Shown here: positions 50,701 through 63,029 of the stretch, one piece after another | How the letters are laid out: the number at the start of each line of letters is the position of its first letter | Position numbering within the stretch: position 1 is the first letter of the stretch | Source: Scyliorhinus canicula | Lineage: Eukaryota | Length of the DNA: 64,000 nucleotides | Assembly (NCBI RefSeq): GCF_902713615.1 | Contig: NC_052154.1 | Coordinates: 111,172,817-111,236,816 of the forward strand | Direction: 5' to 3' | Notes under the pieces: model-generated | The model's database searches: none | What the model was told of the DNA's origin: nothing | Seen by the model: the letters and a program-made list of their open reading frames with translations, nothing else | Translations under genes and position numbers: made by a program

Positions 50701-51103
50701 CTGTGTCAGAGGATGCAGACACATCGCTTGAAGAGAGAGAGTGTACTCTCTGCACTAAGTGGAGCAGCTTGCATGCCTGCGCACCAAGCAAGGAAGCGTT
50801 TGAGGCAGCAACAATCTCAAACGGGAGAATGTCTGTGTGAGCATGATGTGTCACCTCAAGGCGGCAGGAGCCGCTGACGACGATGGCATTGCCATTGTAG
50901 TCCAGCAATTTACACGCAGATGGCAGGACAGCAGGCTGTACGCAGAGCTTGCGGAAATCAGAGGACACAATGAGATTGGCAGAAGCGCCAGTGTCCAGGC
51001 GGAACCTGACAGGGGACCAGTTGACTGCAAGGGTGGCACACCACTCATCATCCTGGCGGACGCTGTGGACGTGGATGGGCTCAGTGCCACGCTTGGGGGA
51101 CAT
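47758..51103 (-). pseudogene. Gypsy pol (protease, RT, RNase H, integrase), frameshifted
   Basis: LDTGA; FSKLDASKGFWQ, MPFGI, NVDD (YVDD mutated), FLGH; TDAS, TDHRPL; LHEGH…C..C, IDLF, SDNG, PQSNG..E. Confidence 0.95.
48756..48992 (-). mobile_element. HE1-type short SINE with poly(A) tail inserted in the Gypsy integrase
   Basis: 15-bp TSD ggcgatgtcatcatt (48741-48755 / 48993-49007); T-run of ~22. Confidence 0.95.
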
Positions 51104-51174
51104 CCTGTTCGTAGTAACAACGCCGATTTGGAACGGGACCTGTGGGTCATTGCAGGCACAGTCGGAATTAAGGT

Positions 51175-52130
51175 CTAGAGTAGGTTCATTAATGGCAGGC
51201 TGGATAGCCCTAACGTCTCTGTGGGCTGGGTGGACCTTCGGAAATCAGCAGGCAGGGAAGATCTGCACATTGTAGCGTAGTAGCCTTGTTTGCCACACTG
51301 CAGGCAGTGTCGGGACTTCACGGCACATTGCCGCTTTAAGTGGGCGGAGCCGCAGTTGCCGAATACCGGAGTGTCGGGCCGTTCGTCGTGCCACCGCGCA
51401 TGTGCGGGGTAATCCAGCGTAGTGCGCACCTGCGCGAAGCGGTCCGTGACGTCAGCACGCTCGCTGCGTGTAAATGCGGGACTCCGTGAAAAGCGCGCGA
51501 AATGGCTGCCATCGTTCAGATCCAGAGCCTGAAAAGATTTAATCATTTGGACCCGTTCTGCCTCGTAAGGGGCTTGCTGCGCCGATTCAGCAGCCTGGAT
51601 GTAGGAGTGGCGCATGGAGGCATGTTCATGAAGTACACAGGTCTCAATGGCCGTGGAGAGAGTGAGCTGCTTTACTTTTAGTAGCTCCTGGTTCAGGGGC
51701 TCAGATTGAACACCAAAAACAATCTGGTCACGGAGCACGGAGTCAGAGGTGGACCCGTAGTTGCAGGACTGCGCAATGACGCAGAGGTGGGTAATAAAGG
51801 ACTGGAAAGGCTTGTCCTTACCCTGAATTTGCTGCTGAAACATGTATCTCTCGAAGCTCTCATTGACCTCAACCGCACAGTGGCTGTCGAACTTCAGAAT
51901 TATGGTCTTGAACTTCGATTTGTCCTCCCCCTCATCGAAGGTGAGCGAGTTGTAAATGTGCAGAGCGTGGTCACCGGCTGTGAAGAGGATGAGAGCAATC
52001 TTCCGTGTATCCGAGGCAGCTTCCAGGTCCCTGGCGTCGAGGTACAGCTGGAAGCGTTGTTTGAATAGTTTCCAGTTCGAGCCCAGATTCCCTGCAATGC
52101 GGAGAGGCAGCGGCGGCGAACGGAGTCCAT
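51175..52130 (-). pseudogene. Gypsy gag with zinc knuckle, frameshifted
   Basis: AQSCNYG…LRDQIVFGV…LL; C..CG..H….C…..CLQCGKQGY…MC. Confidence 0.9.
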
Positions 52131-52199
52131 TCTGTAGGATGCCGCGAAACTGGTGGAAGGCAGATCACTGAAAGGTAGGTGTCGGATGTGCAAGCATCC

Positions 52200-52216
52200 C
52201 TCAACTCCTGGTATCA
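52200..52216 (-). promoter_or_regulatory. Primer binding site, tRNA-Leu-like
   Basis: TGATACCAGGAGT immediately after the 5' LTR, about one mismatch from TGGTACCAGGAGT (complement of the tRNA-Leu(UAA) 3' end). Confidence 0.7.
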
Positions 52217-52358
52217 TGTCGTGTTGGCTTGTGTAGACTTGAAAGATGAACAGACACATCCAACACTGATGAAGGTTCAACTCAATTTTATTAACTATTA
52301 CTAACTAACTAACACACGATGACTGTGGGTCTTAATGATGCTAACTTAAACTAGAGAC

Positions 52359-52628
52359 TGTGGTAGTATGACTAGGGGTATTACGGTACCTTGGAAGTGA
52401 GCTGCTATTGGTGCAGGGGAGTCGCTGCCCATTGGCCCGGGTAAGTCATGTGCCTCTCAGCCGATTGGCTGAGAGGTAGGTAGCTCCACCTACAAGGCGG
52501 GATATAAGAACCCGTGCTTCCCGGCAGTCGGCCATTCTTCTGTACGTCTGCTGCCGGGCAGACATCTTGTGCATTAAAGCCTATCGTTTGGATCACATCT
52601 TCGTCTCATGTCCATTCATGGTGCATCA
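52359..52628 (+). mobile_element. Solo LTR (270 bp) nested in the Gypsy 5' LTR
   Basis: TG…CA ends; 5-bp TSD GAGAC (52354-52358 / 52629-52633); TATAAG at 52503 and ATTAAA at 52573; same family as 5485-5757. Confidence 0.93.
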
Positions 52629-54414
52629 GAGACCTAAGCCTTGTCCGAACCAGTTGATTCTCTCAGCACGTGTTGTGAGTCTGTGCTGGGCTGGATGAGT
52701 TCCTGTTACACTGAGAGGCAGCACCCAGAATGAGCGGGAACTGTGGTGCCCTCTGCCTTTATAGTGTGTGTATTCTAACTGGTGATTGGCTGCGGTGTTT
52801 GTGCATGTTGATTGGTCCCTGCGTGTGTCCATCAGCGCGTGCCTGCACCATGATATACTGGTGTATATCATGACACGAACAACAATGATGGAGCTCTGGT
52901 AGATGTCCAAGTTGGGTTAGCTGGGTGAGACTTGAAAAGGAACTTGAAGGTGGTTTTCCTACATGCCTGCTACCCTTGTCATTCTAGGTGATGGAGGGGG
53001 GTGTCAGTTACAAAGGAATCCCCACAAAGAGCCAGTGCAGCGACTGTGATACAGCCAAACAAAGTGAGGTTGCCATAGCCCATGTACAACTTAGTATCCT
53101 GGAGGTGAGCACGTGTTTGGATCTTGCATCATAATCAATTAAAACATTAAATATGTTGTATGCATTTAGAATTTCTACTTTCTAATTAATCCCTGTTTAA
53201 ATATGAAGATTTGTTAAAACAGTTTCAAGCTGTATTTCCCCCCATGATTTAGTTTTGTGTCACTATCTGCAGCATTGGTTGAGATAAGCAGCTCTTGCAA
53301 GAACAGAATATCTGGATTTAAATCCATTTGGTTTTCAGGAGATTAAAATAGAAATGGAGATGAATTGGATTTAAAGGGATTATCTATATCTGTGGTGCCC
53401 ACACTCTTGCCTGTCAATCACAATTTCACATTCCACACTGGAGAGGATCAGAACAGGTGTCCATTTTAGTTTGTGTTTTATTGATCAATGGTAGGCAGAA
53501 TATGTCATTATTTCGCACAGCCGTTTCAGGGGTAAATATGGAACCACAAGAAGCAGAACAGGCAAATAACATAGATGCGCGTAAGGGAAATCTAGACAAC
53601 TACATGAACAAGAAAGGAACAAAAGGTTATGATAATAGGGTTAGATGAAGAGGCTCTGCTGAAGGCTTGTGTGAAGCATCAAGACCGACAAAGATTAGTT
53701 GGGCCAAACTACCCATTCGTGTACTGTAAATTCAATGTCATTTTATTCCATCTACAGGTATCACAGCTCACTGCATCACCAACTCTGATCCAAAATATGA
53801 CATACCATATTAAGCCACGTAGAACTATTTTCTCCTCGAGAACTGACGCCTAGATTACTTACAGTGTCAAATAAAGTCTTTATTTTTTACTCTTGCTGGA
53901 TAGCTTTGGGAGAAATGAAGTTTATTAACTTTAAATTTAAAATGCAGACCAATCTGTTCTTTATGTCCCCTCTTGGTGTTAAAAGAAATCAACATACCCG
54001 GCTCCCTCACTCACTGGAGCTTTGCTGCTGTTTCTGTAATTCCCACGCGGGAGCAAAGTGGAGATCGTAGAAGGCAAGTTGATCATGAGGCAGACATTTG
54101 GCAGGAATCCAGTCAGGTGGTGGTTTGGGGAGGACCAGGGAGACATGCACTGAAACTATATGCCAGTCAGATAAAATTGGACATTTGGTAGCTCTTTTCC
54201 CAGAAAGTAGAGAGTCTCTGGAATGTGTTGTCGACTGATGTGGTGTGTGATTCTCAGGACTGCTAAGTGGATTAAGACAGAGTAAACATACCCGGTCGAT
54301 ATGATCTCCTGGAGTGACTTTGATCACCTGAGGCGGTAGGAGAGGAATTTTGTGGCGAACTTCTCCTTACCGTCACTGATCTTTCTGTTATTTCTCAGCC
54401 TTTGTCAGAGTATT

Positions 54415-57400
54415 TCTTTTCTTAAAAAAGAATTTTCTTGAAGTTTTACATTTTTACACTGTATGTTTGTTAAAGAAAGATGAGACGGTTACAGTTTACA
54501 TGTTGTTCCTTTTAAGTACCACCACGCCACCTTGCCCCTCTGCCCCCCACCAAACCCACCGCCCACCCCCCAACCCCCCCCCCCCCCCCTCCCTTCTTCT
54601 GCTGTGCCAGGGTCTTTTCTTTCTCCCTTTACTTCACCGTGGGTGGGTGTTCAGTGTTTATCTGTGGGCAGTGCCTTCTTTCTCCCTTCCCTCTCCCCCT
54701 CGCTTGGCCTCCCTTCCCTTCTTCTCTCCTCTCCGCATCCTGTTGTCAGCCTGCTTTTGAGGGTTCTCTTTCGTGTTGCCTTGTGTTGGGCCCTCTTGTC
54801 CCTGTGTTGGCTGCTTTCTGGCCTCCCCCTTGTTGTTTTCTCTGGTCTCTCCCCCTCTATTTCCCCCCCCTCCCATTTCTGTCTGCCCTCTGTGGTCACG
54901 GTGGCTCCCATGTCTCCCCCCCCCCCCCCCCCCCCCAACCTCTTCCCCCGCCCCGTCCCTGCTCAATCAATTGTTGGCTTCAAACAGGTCTTGGAACAGG
55001 TTGGTGAATAACCCCACACTTTGAGGAAGAGCTCGTCCGACCCTCGTATGGTGTATTTAATCTTCTCCAGGTGGAGAAATTCTGATAGGTCAGGCAGCCA
55101 GTCTGCAGCTGTGGGTGGTGCTGCTGGTCACCAGCCGAACAGGATTCTCCGGTGTGCGATTATGGAAGAAAAAGCCAGGGCATCATTCCTCTTCCCCAAA
55201 GTAGTTCTGGCTGGTCCGATACCCCGAGGACGGCCACTGTCGGGAACAGCTCCACCCTCACCCCCACAACCTTGAACATCACCTTGAAAAAGGCTGTCCA
55301 GAACCCGACAGGTCTGGGGCAGGCCCAGAACATGTGGGCATGGTTGACTAGGCCTCCCTGACACCGTTCACACTGGTCCTCCACCTCCGGGAAGAACCTG
55401 TTCATTCGGGTTCTCGTCAGGTGTGCTCTGTGCACCACTATAAGCTGCATGAGACTTAGCCTATAGCAGGAGGAGGTGGAGTTGGCCCTGTTCAGTGCCT
55501 CGCTCCAGAGTCCCCACCCTATTTCCATCCCTAACTCTTCCTCCCATTTTTCCCCAGTTTTGTCCAGTGGGGAGTGTGTCCTTTCCAACAGTCATCCGTA
55601 TATGTCTCTGCAGACCCCTTTCCCAGATTGTCCACGAACAGTAACTCCTCCAACATTGTGTCTCTTGGGACCTTTGGGTATCCTTACGGAGAAAGTTTTG
55701 GACTCGCAGATGTCGGAGTTTGTTCCCGTTTGGTAGTGCCAGTCTCTAGTTGCCATAGATGGGGCCCATGGTGGACACTTCGGTCAGGCCAAAGTGTTGC
55801 CTAATCTGGTTCCAGGTTCTCAGGGTTACCTCCACCATTGGGCTTGTTGACTGTTTTGCTGGCAGGAATGGGAGTGCTGTTGTGGCGAGGGCCCGGAGAG
55901 TCATCCCCGTTGTAGCGATCTATCATGCGGATCTAGTGGCACTTGCAAACACTAAAACTCAGTAGAAATTTGAATTAACACTTCTCAGGTGCAAATAAGA
56001 ATTGTTTTATTGACCCTAGTTGATTACAATTGAGAATAATTTAAATCTTATTCTCTAATAAGTCCAGCTAGCAAAAGGACTCAAAGAGAAGCAATTTTGC
56101 AGACAATTCAACTTTCAAATAATCCAGAAATGATTTTCTTGCTTCCGGCAAACAGCTTGCAATAACTTCAAAAGTCAGAGTTAGAAAGTGAAATATGAAA
56201 GACAGAGAGACAGCGAATAGTTAAGTCAAAGTATAGATTGATTCCGGAATAAAAAATGGCCGTACAAACTATCACGGTTATACTAAATCTTATCAGTCTT
56301 TAGCCATCTAGCCATACCCCTATGTAATCCTACTTGGTTTAGGTTAGAATCAAATAAGTTTGATTCGACGTTTAGCTGTCTGTCTGTAATGTGCAACATT
56401 AACTTGAAATGTTTCATTAATGAATTCTTATATGTGCTATGGAATGCGATTCAATGCCGTTATTGCAAGCAGCCTGAACTGGATTATTGCTGACTTGACT
56501 GTTAAGACAATGGCTCCTTTAGGTTCTATGCTGTTGTCTTGTAGTCTGCCCTGTCCTTGGTCACTTTATCTTGCAAATATATTTGTTAGCTGAATAAGAA
56601 TGCTGTTTTAATCTATCTGTTCCTGTGTTCTGTTGAAGCTATGCTTTGCAAGCTGAATATGTGTTTTGAAATGACCTGAGGTTATGATTGAGTTTTAAAA
56701 TGGTATTTAGTAGACTAGGGGCTTAATGCTAAATAACTATCTTTTACCTATCATTTTTACCTATAGAAAATAGCTGGCTTCTACACCTGTGCAGGAGGAC
56801 TCCTCCATCCTTACCCATTCCGTATCTGCACCCTTCACTCATCCCCTCACTTTCTCGGCTGTGGCTGCCAAGTGGCAATATTGAAAGTTCGGGCGTCCTC
56901 TGCTTCTTCTCCTTTGTAATACGATTTTGGGGATTCATGGATTTTTCCCTCCCCACACAAACTGCACAATCATTTTGTCTATTGCTTGGAAAAAAGCCTT
57001 GGGGATGAAGATAGGTATGGATCTAAACAGGAAGAGGGACCAGGGAAGCATGCTAATCTTGATCGTCTGCACCCTCCCCGCCAGTGAAAGTGGGAGTTCA
57101 TTCCTCCTCTGTAGGTTCCGTGTCCAGTAATGGGCTATCTGGATCCCCAAATAGCAGAATTTGCTTTGGGCTATTTTAAATGGTCGTTCACCCAGCTCTG
57201 CCCCTTCCCTCTCGAGTTGACCTGAATATTTCTCTCTTGCCCAGGTTGAGTTTATAGCCCAAGAAGCTCCAAACTCTTCCAGGAGCTTCATGATTTTTAT
57301 CATGCCGTTTTGCGGGTCCGAGATGTAGGGGAGCAGGTCATCTACATAGAGCGAGACTCTGTACTCTTTGTCTCCTCTTCAGATTCCCATCCAGCCTCCC

Positions 57401-60400
57401 GCGTCTTGCAGAGTGATCACCAGTGGCTTAATTGCCAGGGCGAAAAAGAGCGGGGACAGCGGGCATCCCTGCCTTGTGCCTCTGTGCATCTGGAAATATT
57501 CAGAACTGGTGGTGTTAGTCTGAACGCTCACCTTGGGGATGTTATACAGGAACTTCACCCACGAAGTGAACTTTGCTCCTAGCCCAAACCGCTCCAGTAC
57601 TTCGATGAGGTAATTTCACTCGACTCTGTCAAAAGCCTTTTCTGTGTCCAGTGAGACGATCACCTCTGGTTTTCTCGCCCCAGATGGGGTCAGTATCATA
57701 TTCAGCAGCCGTCTGATGTTCTCAGTAAGTTGCCTATGCTCGACAAAGCCCGTCTGGTCCTCTGCGACTACCTCTGGTACGCAGTTCTCCAGTCTCTTGG
57801 CCAAGACTTTTGCAAGTATTTTCACGTCCACATTGAGCAGCGAAATGGGTCTGTATGATCCATTGGTTCGTTGTCTTTCTGGGGATCAGCGATATGGTCC
57901 CATAGGTTCCGGGGCAGGTCCCTTCGCCTTCTGTGCTTGCCTGGAGTTGATGCTCTCCATGACAACTCCCAGTCCTATTGGTGCTTCCAGCTCCCTCAGT
58001 CTGTCATCCCCCCATGACTGTCATGCCCAGACCACCAAGGAACTGTTTCATCCCCGAGTCTCCGTCAGGGGGGTTCAGAGGTGTATAGTCTCTAGTAGAA
58101 GACCTTGAATGCTTGGTTGACCTTTTTGGTTCAGCTACCAATCTGCCCTGCTATTCTTCACTTGTGGCTATCTGCTTTCTAAGCTGGTGAGCCAGCAGGC
58201 GGCCACCCTTCTCTTCATGTTCTTAAAAGGTCCCCATACCTGGCGGAGTTGGCGCACTGCCTTCCTGATGGATAGCAGTTTAATGCCTATCTGTAGCTTT
58301 TTCCTCTCCGCCAGAAGCTCTATCATTTGGGACACGGAGTATCTTCTGTCAACCTCCATATGGAGTCGATCAGTTGTTGCCTGGCCGCCCTCTCTTCCCT
58401 GTCTCTACAAGCCTTATAGGCAGTAATGTCGCCTCTAATCACAGCCTTCAGTGCCTCCCAGAGCGTGGAAGGTGAGACCTCCCCATTCCGATTGTTCATA
58501 TTATATTCGCCTATGGCCTGTGATATTTTCTGGTGGACTATCTCGTCGACCAAGAGGTCCGTGTACAACCTCCAAACGGGGTGTTGGGTATGGCCTGTCT
58601 CCAACCTAACATCCATGTAATGTGGAGCAGGGTAGGAGATTACGATTGCGGAGTAATCCACTCTGACTATTTCTGGAAGCACCAATTTCCTACAAAGAAG
58701 TCGATGCGGGATCTTGTGAAAAGAAGGAAAATTCCTTGTCACCTGGGTGCAGGAACTGCCGTGGTTCCACTGCCCCCACCTGCTTCACAAACATTCCCAG
58801 TTCCCTCACCATGCCTGCCATTATCCCCGTCCTGGGGTTTGATCTGTCCATCAGTGGGCCCTTTACGCAGTTAAAGTTCCCCCCATGATAAGTCGGTGCG
58901 TATCTATGTCATTGATTCCGCCATGATCTTCTTTATAAATTCTGTGTCGTCCCAATTGGGAGCGTACACATTCACCAGGACCATTGGTGCCCCGTCCAAG
59001 ACACCACTGACCATGACGTATCGTTCCCCCTTGGTCCATAACCATCTTTGTCACCGTGAACACCATCCTCTTGCTTATCAAGATTGCTACACCTCTAGCC
59101 CTCGTTCCACAGCAGGAATGGTAGGTCTGTCCCACCCAGCCTGCAGTCGGTCCTTCTTCCTCCGATGTGTCTCTTGAAGGAAGACTATGTCGGCTCTCAT
59201 ACTTTTCAGGTGGGCGAAGACTCTGGATCTTTTCACTGGGCTGTTAAGTCCCTTAACGTTCCAGGTGACTATCCTGGTGGGATGTTTCTCTCCCCCCTCT
59301 TCCAGCGGGATGATCCATACTTACCTTGTGGCTGTACCCCTGCACTCCGGGGTATCCCTCTGTTAGAGGGCCATCCAAAATGGCAGCGGTCGTGATTCTC
59401 ACCGTGAGCCCAGGCCCCTGCACTCCTTTGTGGGCCCCTTTGTCCAGGGGCCACCCAACATGGCTGGCAACTGTGTGTACGCCACGTGCGTGAGCCCCTG
59501 CACTTCAGAATTTCTATTTGTTCAGGGACCCTCCAAAGTGGCTGCTTTTGGTGCCACCTTGTTCCACCTTCCCAAACTTGACCTGCTGAAGCCAGTCTGG
59601 AGCCCTTCCCTTCCTTATCGCTATGTTCCCCCTGTTGTCCCGATTCCCCTTCTATCCCTCTCTCCACCTCCCTATGCTTCCCCTTTCTATTTGCCCCCCA
59701 CCTCCCCCCCATTCCCTTGTCCCCGCGCCCCTCCCCCCCCCCTCCCCTAGACACTCTCTCCCCACTGGGACATGCGCCATGGTCCCTCTCTCTCTCATGC
59801 TTCCTGGCACTAGCTTTCCCCACTAGTGTGGCGGCCCCTCTCCCGGGGCTGTTCTGACCCCCCCTAAACCCATTCAGTTGTTCTCCTCACCCTCCGTTGT
59901 GTTCTGCTGCCCTCACCTCTTCCTTCCTGTGAGCTAATTCCCTTACTCATAGCGAGGCAGTGCAGCCCCATGCAAAATTCTCCATCTCCATCACTTTCCC
60001 TCTGCGTTTTCCTCACCGCTGCTTTGTTTGGCTTTGTCCAGTCCATTCGTATGAACTCGCCCCCCTCTGCTGGGGTGGCAAAATAATGCTCCTTATTCTG
60101 GTAGGTCACCCAGAGCCTGGCTGAGAGCTACATCCCAAATTTAACATTGCTTTGTACAGGACCAACTTGGCATGGTTGAATCTGGTCCTGTCCCAGCACC
60201 AATGTTCTGGTTTACCCTTATCCCAACTGCTTGCCTTCATTTGCCGAGCCCAACTCAGGATCTTCTCCCGATCCTGGTATCTGTACAGCTTGGCTATTAT
60301 TGCCCTTGGCTGCTCCCCAGCCTTGGGCTTTGGTCGGAGTAGCCTGGGGGACCTGTCACTATCCAGCGGCTTGGGGAAGCTGTCCCTTCCAACTAGGTTG

Positions 60401-60700
60401 CCCAGCAACTGGGCCATGTAGTCGGTTGGGTCTCTGCCCTCAATTCTCTTTGGTAGGCCCACTATCCGAATGTTTTGTCACCTGGATGGTTCTCTTGGTC
60501 CTTGACCTTCCCTAGGTCGTCATCAACTTCATTATCCCACCTCCAGGGCGACAATCCGGTCCCTCTGGTCCATCAATACATTTTTGAGTTCTTGAATGGT
60601 TCTCCCCTGGGCTTCCAGCCTCTTTCCAATCCCATCGGGATGCGTGGGAACATCTGCTTTGAACAACTAAGGAATGCCAATGGAAACAGTTGACATACAG
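54415..60700 (-). mobile_element. Old long L1-clade LINE, interrupted by a solo LTR
   Basis: ORF1 remnant (GLPKRIEG…IIAKLYRYQDREKIL); ORF2 remnants (DVKILAKVLAKRLE…DTEKAFDRVE; LSLAGRVQTIK; CERC…HMFWACP). Confidence 0.9.
55911..56785 (-). mobile_element. Solo LTR (875 bp, AT-rich)
   Basis: TGTAG…CTACA ends; 5-bp TSD cccgt / cctgt (one CpG-type mismatch); L1 sequence is continuous on both sides; orientation inferred from minus-strand AATAAA near 56008. Confidence 0.85.
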
Positions 60701-60976
60701 GTGGAAAAGCCAATAAGAGGGGGCACAAAGTATTTGGCGGTACTATTCAACATTTCAATGTGGCACTGTATAATTTTGAGACAATTAACTCAATTGAATG
60801 GGCCTTGGGTATTGTGCCCAGTCAGTCACTGAGACATTAAAGAGACATTCAAATCATAGAAGCTTTGTGGAGAAGGACCATGGGCCAGATTCCGCCAATA
60901 GCACTACTGAAGTATGAATAAAGAATTGTGATAAATGTCGGAATTTCACATGTTTTGTATTATAGTTAGTTGATGT

Positions 60977-61302
60977 ACATAGAACATACAGTGCAGAAGG
61001 AGGCCATTCAGCCCATCAAGTCATTATATTCATTATATTCACCGACCCACCCAAGCCCTCACTTCCACCGTATCCCCTTAACCCAATAACCCCTCCTAAT
61101 CTTTTTTGTCACAAAGGGCAATTTAGCATGGCCGATCCACCTAGCCTGCACGCCTTTAGACTGTGGGAGGAAACCGGAGCACCCGGAGGAAACCCACGCA
61201 GACACGGGGAGAACGTGCAGACTCTGCACAGACAGATGGAGAATCGAACCTGGGACCCTGGCACTGTGAAGCCATTGTGCTATCCACTTGTGCTACTGTG
61301 CT
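60977..61302 (-). mobile_element. HE1 SINE, long subtype
   Basis: catagaacatacagtgcagaaggaggccattc tail and core. Confidence 0.9.
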
Positions 61303-61340
61303 GTAGTAAAGGTAAAAGCCTGGGTTTGAGACTGCTGCAA

Positions 61341-61655
61341 TCATAGAATCATAGAATTTACAGTACAGAAGGAGGCCATTCGGCCTATTGAGTCTGCATC
61401 AACCCTTGGATCTGCATCGGCCCATGCCTCCACCCTATCCCTGTAACCCAGTAACCCCACCTAACCTTTTGGACACTAAGGGGCAATTTAGCATGGCCAA
61501 TCCACCTAACCTGCACATCTTTGGACTATGGAAGGAAACTGGAGCACCCGGAGAAAACCCACGCAAACATGGGGAGGAAGTGCAAACGCCACAGACAGTC
61601 ATCTGAGGCTGGAATTGAACCCAGGTCCCTGGAGCTGTGAGGCAACAGTGCCACA
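61341..61655 (-). mobile_element. HE1 SINE, long subtype
   Basis: (tcatagaa)2 tail and core. Confidence 0.9.
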
Positions 61656-61759
61656 GTGCCTCCCTTCATGTGTTGCGAGAAATTCTAGTTCAAAAGACAA
61701 TTATATTTTGGGAGTCAGGATTGCAATCCATTGTAAAATACTTGGACTAATGCAATTTT

Positions 61760-62410
61760 GCTTGGATTAAGGGGATTCCCTGTGGAGTTAATTAGATTTC
61801 AGTTTGGTAAGATGATATCATTACAGGGTGAAACCACGGTATCGGGCATTTTTCAGGAAAAGCAGGTTCAGTTGTGATCTGTATGAAGCTCCCAGAAGTC
61901 AAGCAGCTTGCTCTCTGCAGATCAGTTAAAGAGATTAATGGTCTGTAAAGCAGTGCAGATGTGTCTGAGAACTTGAGGAGCTGAAACCAGGTGAAACAGC
62001 TCCTGAAGACATACAGCCAGAGTTTCTGCATGGTTCAGACCTGGTCTTCGAAGCAATGTCAAAAGTTTTCCCTTTCTCAAAGAACATTTCTGTAAAGCAG
62101 GTATTCCTATTTGCTAATTGTATTTTAACAGTGGATTGAGAGGTGAGATGGTTTTTCTTGTTGTTTGTGTGAGAATAAAGATAGCAGCTGAGGGTATTAT
62201 ATTCATTGTATTGAATAATATTATTTAAGGGGAATTGTCAGTTATTTTCATGAGGTGATGTTAAAGATCTTTTAATAAAGTGTTGGTAATAAAGTTTGTT
62301 TTAATATACCTTATCCCTATTTCTTTGTGCAATCACTCCTGGAGCGAGGTATCCTTAGGGTTTCTGTCCAGCATCCTAACCACTGTTGGGATCTGGTCTG
62401 GGATCAGATT
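61760..62410 (+). mobile_element. Possible degenerate solo LTR
   Basis: Multiple aataaa followed by a U5-like end (…ttgggatctggtctgggatca); termini and TSD not resolved. Confidence 0.4.
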
Positions 62411-63029
62411 AGAATGGAACATCTTATGCTGTTTGACCATGAAGGGAAACCTCTGAGATCTGACCTTGCAGACTAAAGACAGTAAGCACTAAGGAAGTAA
62501 AGGTAAATCTTGTTGATTGCCTCCATAAGGACTGGGGTGGAGAAGCCTGTCAGTGAGTGAAGACGTTGGTGTTGTATTAAGTGGTTGAATAACCACTTGA
62601 GTAGTTTAATTTATCACCTTCTCAGAGTCACTCCATTGAAAAGAGCAGCTCAGTAATGCCTGGAAGTAAAGAAAAGCTGCAGGTATACTGCTAAATTATT
62701 GTTTGGGTTTCTGCACAAGATCCATCAGCTTCCACATAAACTGACAGCACCTGAGGCACAACAAGCACAACAAGCAGTCAGGCAGCTGCAGAGTGACTGA
62801 TGGTTATCGAGAGTCAGGAAGACCTCAGGTGTGAATGTCCGGAGTGTCATGACCGAGGCTAGACATTTGTTGCGGTTCTAGGAAAGGGGGAGGTGGGGAG
62901 GTTGGTGGTTGGGGGGGGGGGGGGGGGGGGGGGGGTGCATGGGGTGAGCCTGATAATCTCAGGTTTCAGAATCTCACGTGCGAGCCTTTACTCAATGGAA
63001 GCACTGTCCCCGCTGAGGAATAAGATCAT

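Larger units (their letters stand above)
47103..52875 (-). mobile_element. Complete Gypsy/Ty3 LTR retrotransposon (inactive)
   Basis: LTRs 47103-47486 and 52217-52875 (the latter interrupted); TG…CA ends; 5-bp TSD CGAAC (47098-47102 / 52876-52880); PPT next to 47487; PBS at 52200-52216; domain order gag-PR-RT-RH-IN. Confidence 0.97.

Noticed and set aside
62908-62935. Poly-G run as a functional G-quadruplex
   Set aside because: Homopolymer length is unreliable in assemblies and there is no supporting context.
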